A model generated the notes under the pieces. It was not told where the DNA came from. It made no database searches and worked only from the letters and a program-made list of their open reading frames with translations. Below, in pieces: positions 1 to 1,577 of a stretch of DNA of 1,577 nucleotides. The position numbers and the translations under genes were made by a program. This stretch comes from Escherichia coli. Lineage in GTDB: Bacteria > Pseudomonadota > Gammaproteobacteria > Enterobacterales > Enterobacteriaceae. Position 1 is the stretch's first letter. Every line of letters begins with the position of its first letter. The DNA lies in the NCBI RefSeq assembly GCF_003334355.1, contig NZ_QOWP01000084.1; one strand, 5' to 3'.

Positions 1-1192
<1,192 letters not shown>

Positions 1193-1210
1193 ATTTTATA
1201 ACCCAGAACG

Positions 1211-1237
1211 GGCGTCAGAAATGACGCCTTTTTTATT
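1211..1237 (+). terminator. Rho-independent (intrinsic) terminator downstream of J
   Basis: Seen directly: perfect 7-bp inverted repeat GGCGTCA (1211-1217) / TGACGCC (1222-1228) around a GAAA loop (1218-1221, a GNRA-type tetraloop), followed by the T-tract TTTTTTATT (1229-1237). It begins 18 nt after the J stop codon. It is oriented for + strand transcription; the reverse complement has no U-tract after the stem. Confidence 0.65.
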
Positions 1238-1247
1238 GCAGAAAAGC

Positions 1248-1253
1248 GAGAGG
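1248..1253 (+). promoter_or_regulatory. Shine-Dalgarno ribosome-binding site for lom
   Basis: GAGAGG at 1248-1253, followed by a 5-nt spacer (TAATT) and the ATG at 1259-1261. Confidence 0.6.
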
Positions 1254-1258
1254 TAATT

Positions 1259-1330
1259 ATGCGTAAACTTTATGCCGCCATTTTGTCCGCAGCCATTTGT
1301 CTGGCCGTATCCGGTGCGCCTGCATGGGCG
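1259..1330 (+). other. Predicted Sec signal peptide of Lom (24 aa), likely cleaved after the AWA motif
   Basis: The N-terminus MRK (positive n-region), then the hydrophobic core LYAAILSAAICLAVSGA, then the A-x-A-type site P-A-W-A followed by SEHQ. Cleavage after residue 24 is predicted from the pattern only. Confidence 0.65.
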
Positions 1331-1577
1331 TCTGAACATCAGTCCACGCTGAGCGCGGGGTATCTTCATGCCCGGACGAACGTTCCCGGCAGTGATGATC
1401 TGAACGGGATTAACGTGAAATACCGTTATGAGTTTACGGACACACTGGGGATGGTGACGTCGTTCAGCTATGCAGGAGACAAGAATCGCCAGCTGACCCG
1501 TTACAGCGATACCCGCTGGCATGAAGATTCCGTGCGTAACCGCTGGTTCAGCGTGATGGCGGGGCCGTCTGTGCGCG
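1259..1577 (+). CDS. lom: Lom outer-membrane protein (Ail/Lom/OmpX/PagC family 8-stranded beta-barrel), N-terminal 106 codons; 3'-partial, continues past the window end
   Basis: ATG at 1259 with an upstream RBS; open frame to the window end. The translation MRKLYAAILSAAICLAVSGAPAWASEHQSTLSAGYLHARTN...GINVKYRYEFTDTLG..VTSFSYAGDKNRQLTRYSDTRWHEDSVRNRWFSVMAGPSVR matches my recollection of lambda Lom almost residue for residue. It has a typical Sec signal peptide and alternating aromatic/hydrophilic stretches (e.g. GINVKYRYEF) characteristic of beta-barrel strands. Location directly downstream of J fits lambda gene order. Confidence 0.92.
   Translation, partial: MRKLYAAILSAAICLAVSGAPAWASEHQSTLSAGYLHARTNVPGSDDLNGINVKYRYEFTDTLGMVTSFSYAGDKNRQLTRYSDTRWHEDSVRNRWFSVMAGPSVR

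Noticed and set aside
1196-1522. Minus-strand ORF of 108 aa from the six-frame track
   Set aside because: It is antisense to lom and spans the intergenic terminator. The translation (arginine/cysteine/proline-rich, low complexity) looks like an out-of-frame artefact, and lom on the + strand explains the region.

Overview
This window is the junction of two lambdoid-phage genes on the + strand: the 3' end of the tail-tip host-specificity gene J (in frame from base 2, stop at 1190-1192), a 66-bp spacer holding an intrinsic terminator and a ribosome-binding site, and the 5' third of the outer-membrane-protein gene lom (starts 1259, runs off the window end). Both genes are truncated by the window edges. 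I recognise both proteins from memory of phage lambda; no search was run. I do not see a novel system here. The most interesting feature is that the last ~160 codons of J (about 713-1189) appear to diverge strongly from lambda J while the upstream part looks near-identical, which fits a swapped receptor-binding domain. Both minus-strand ORFs in the track are antisense to these genes and are rejected.
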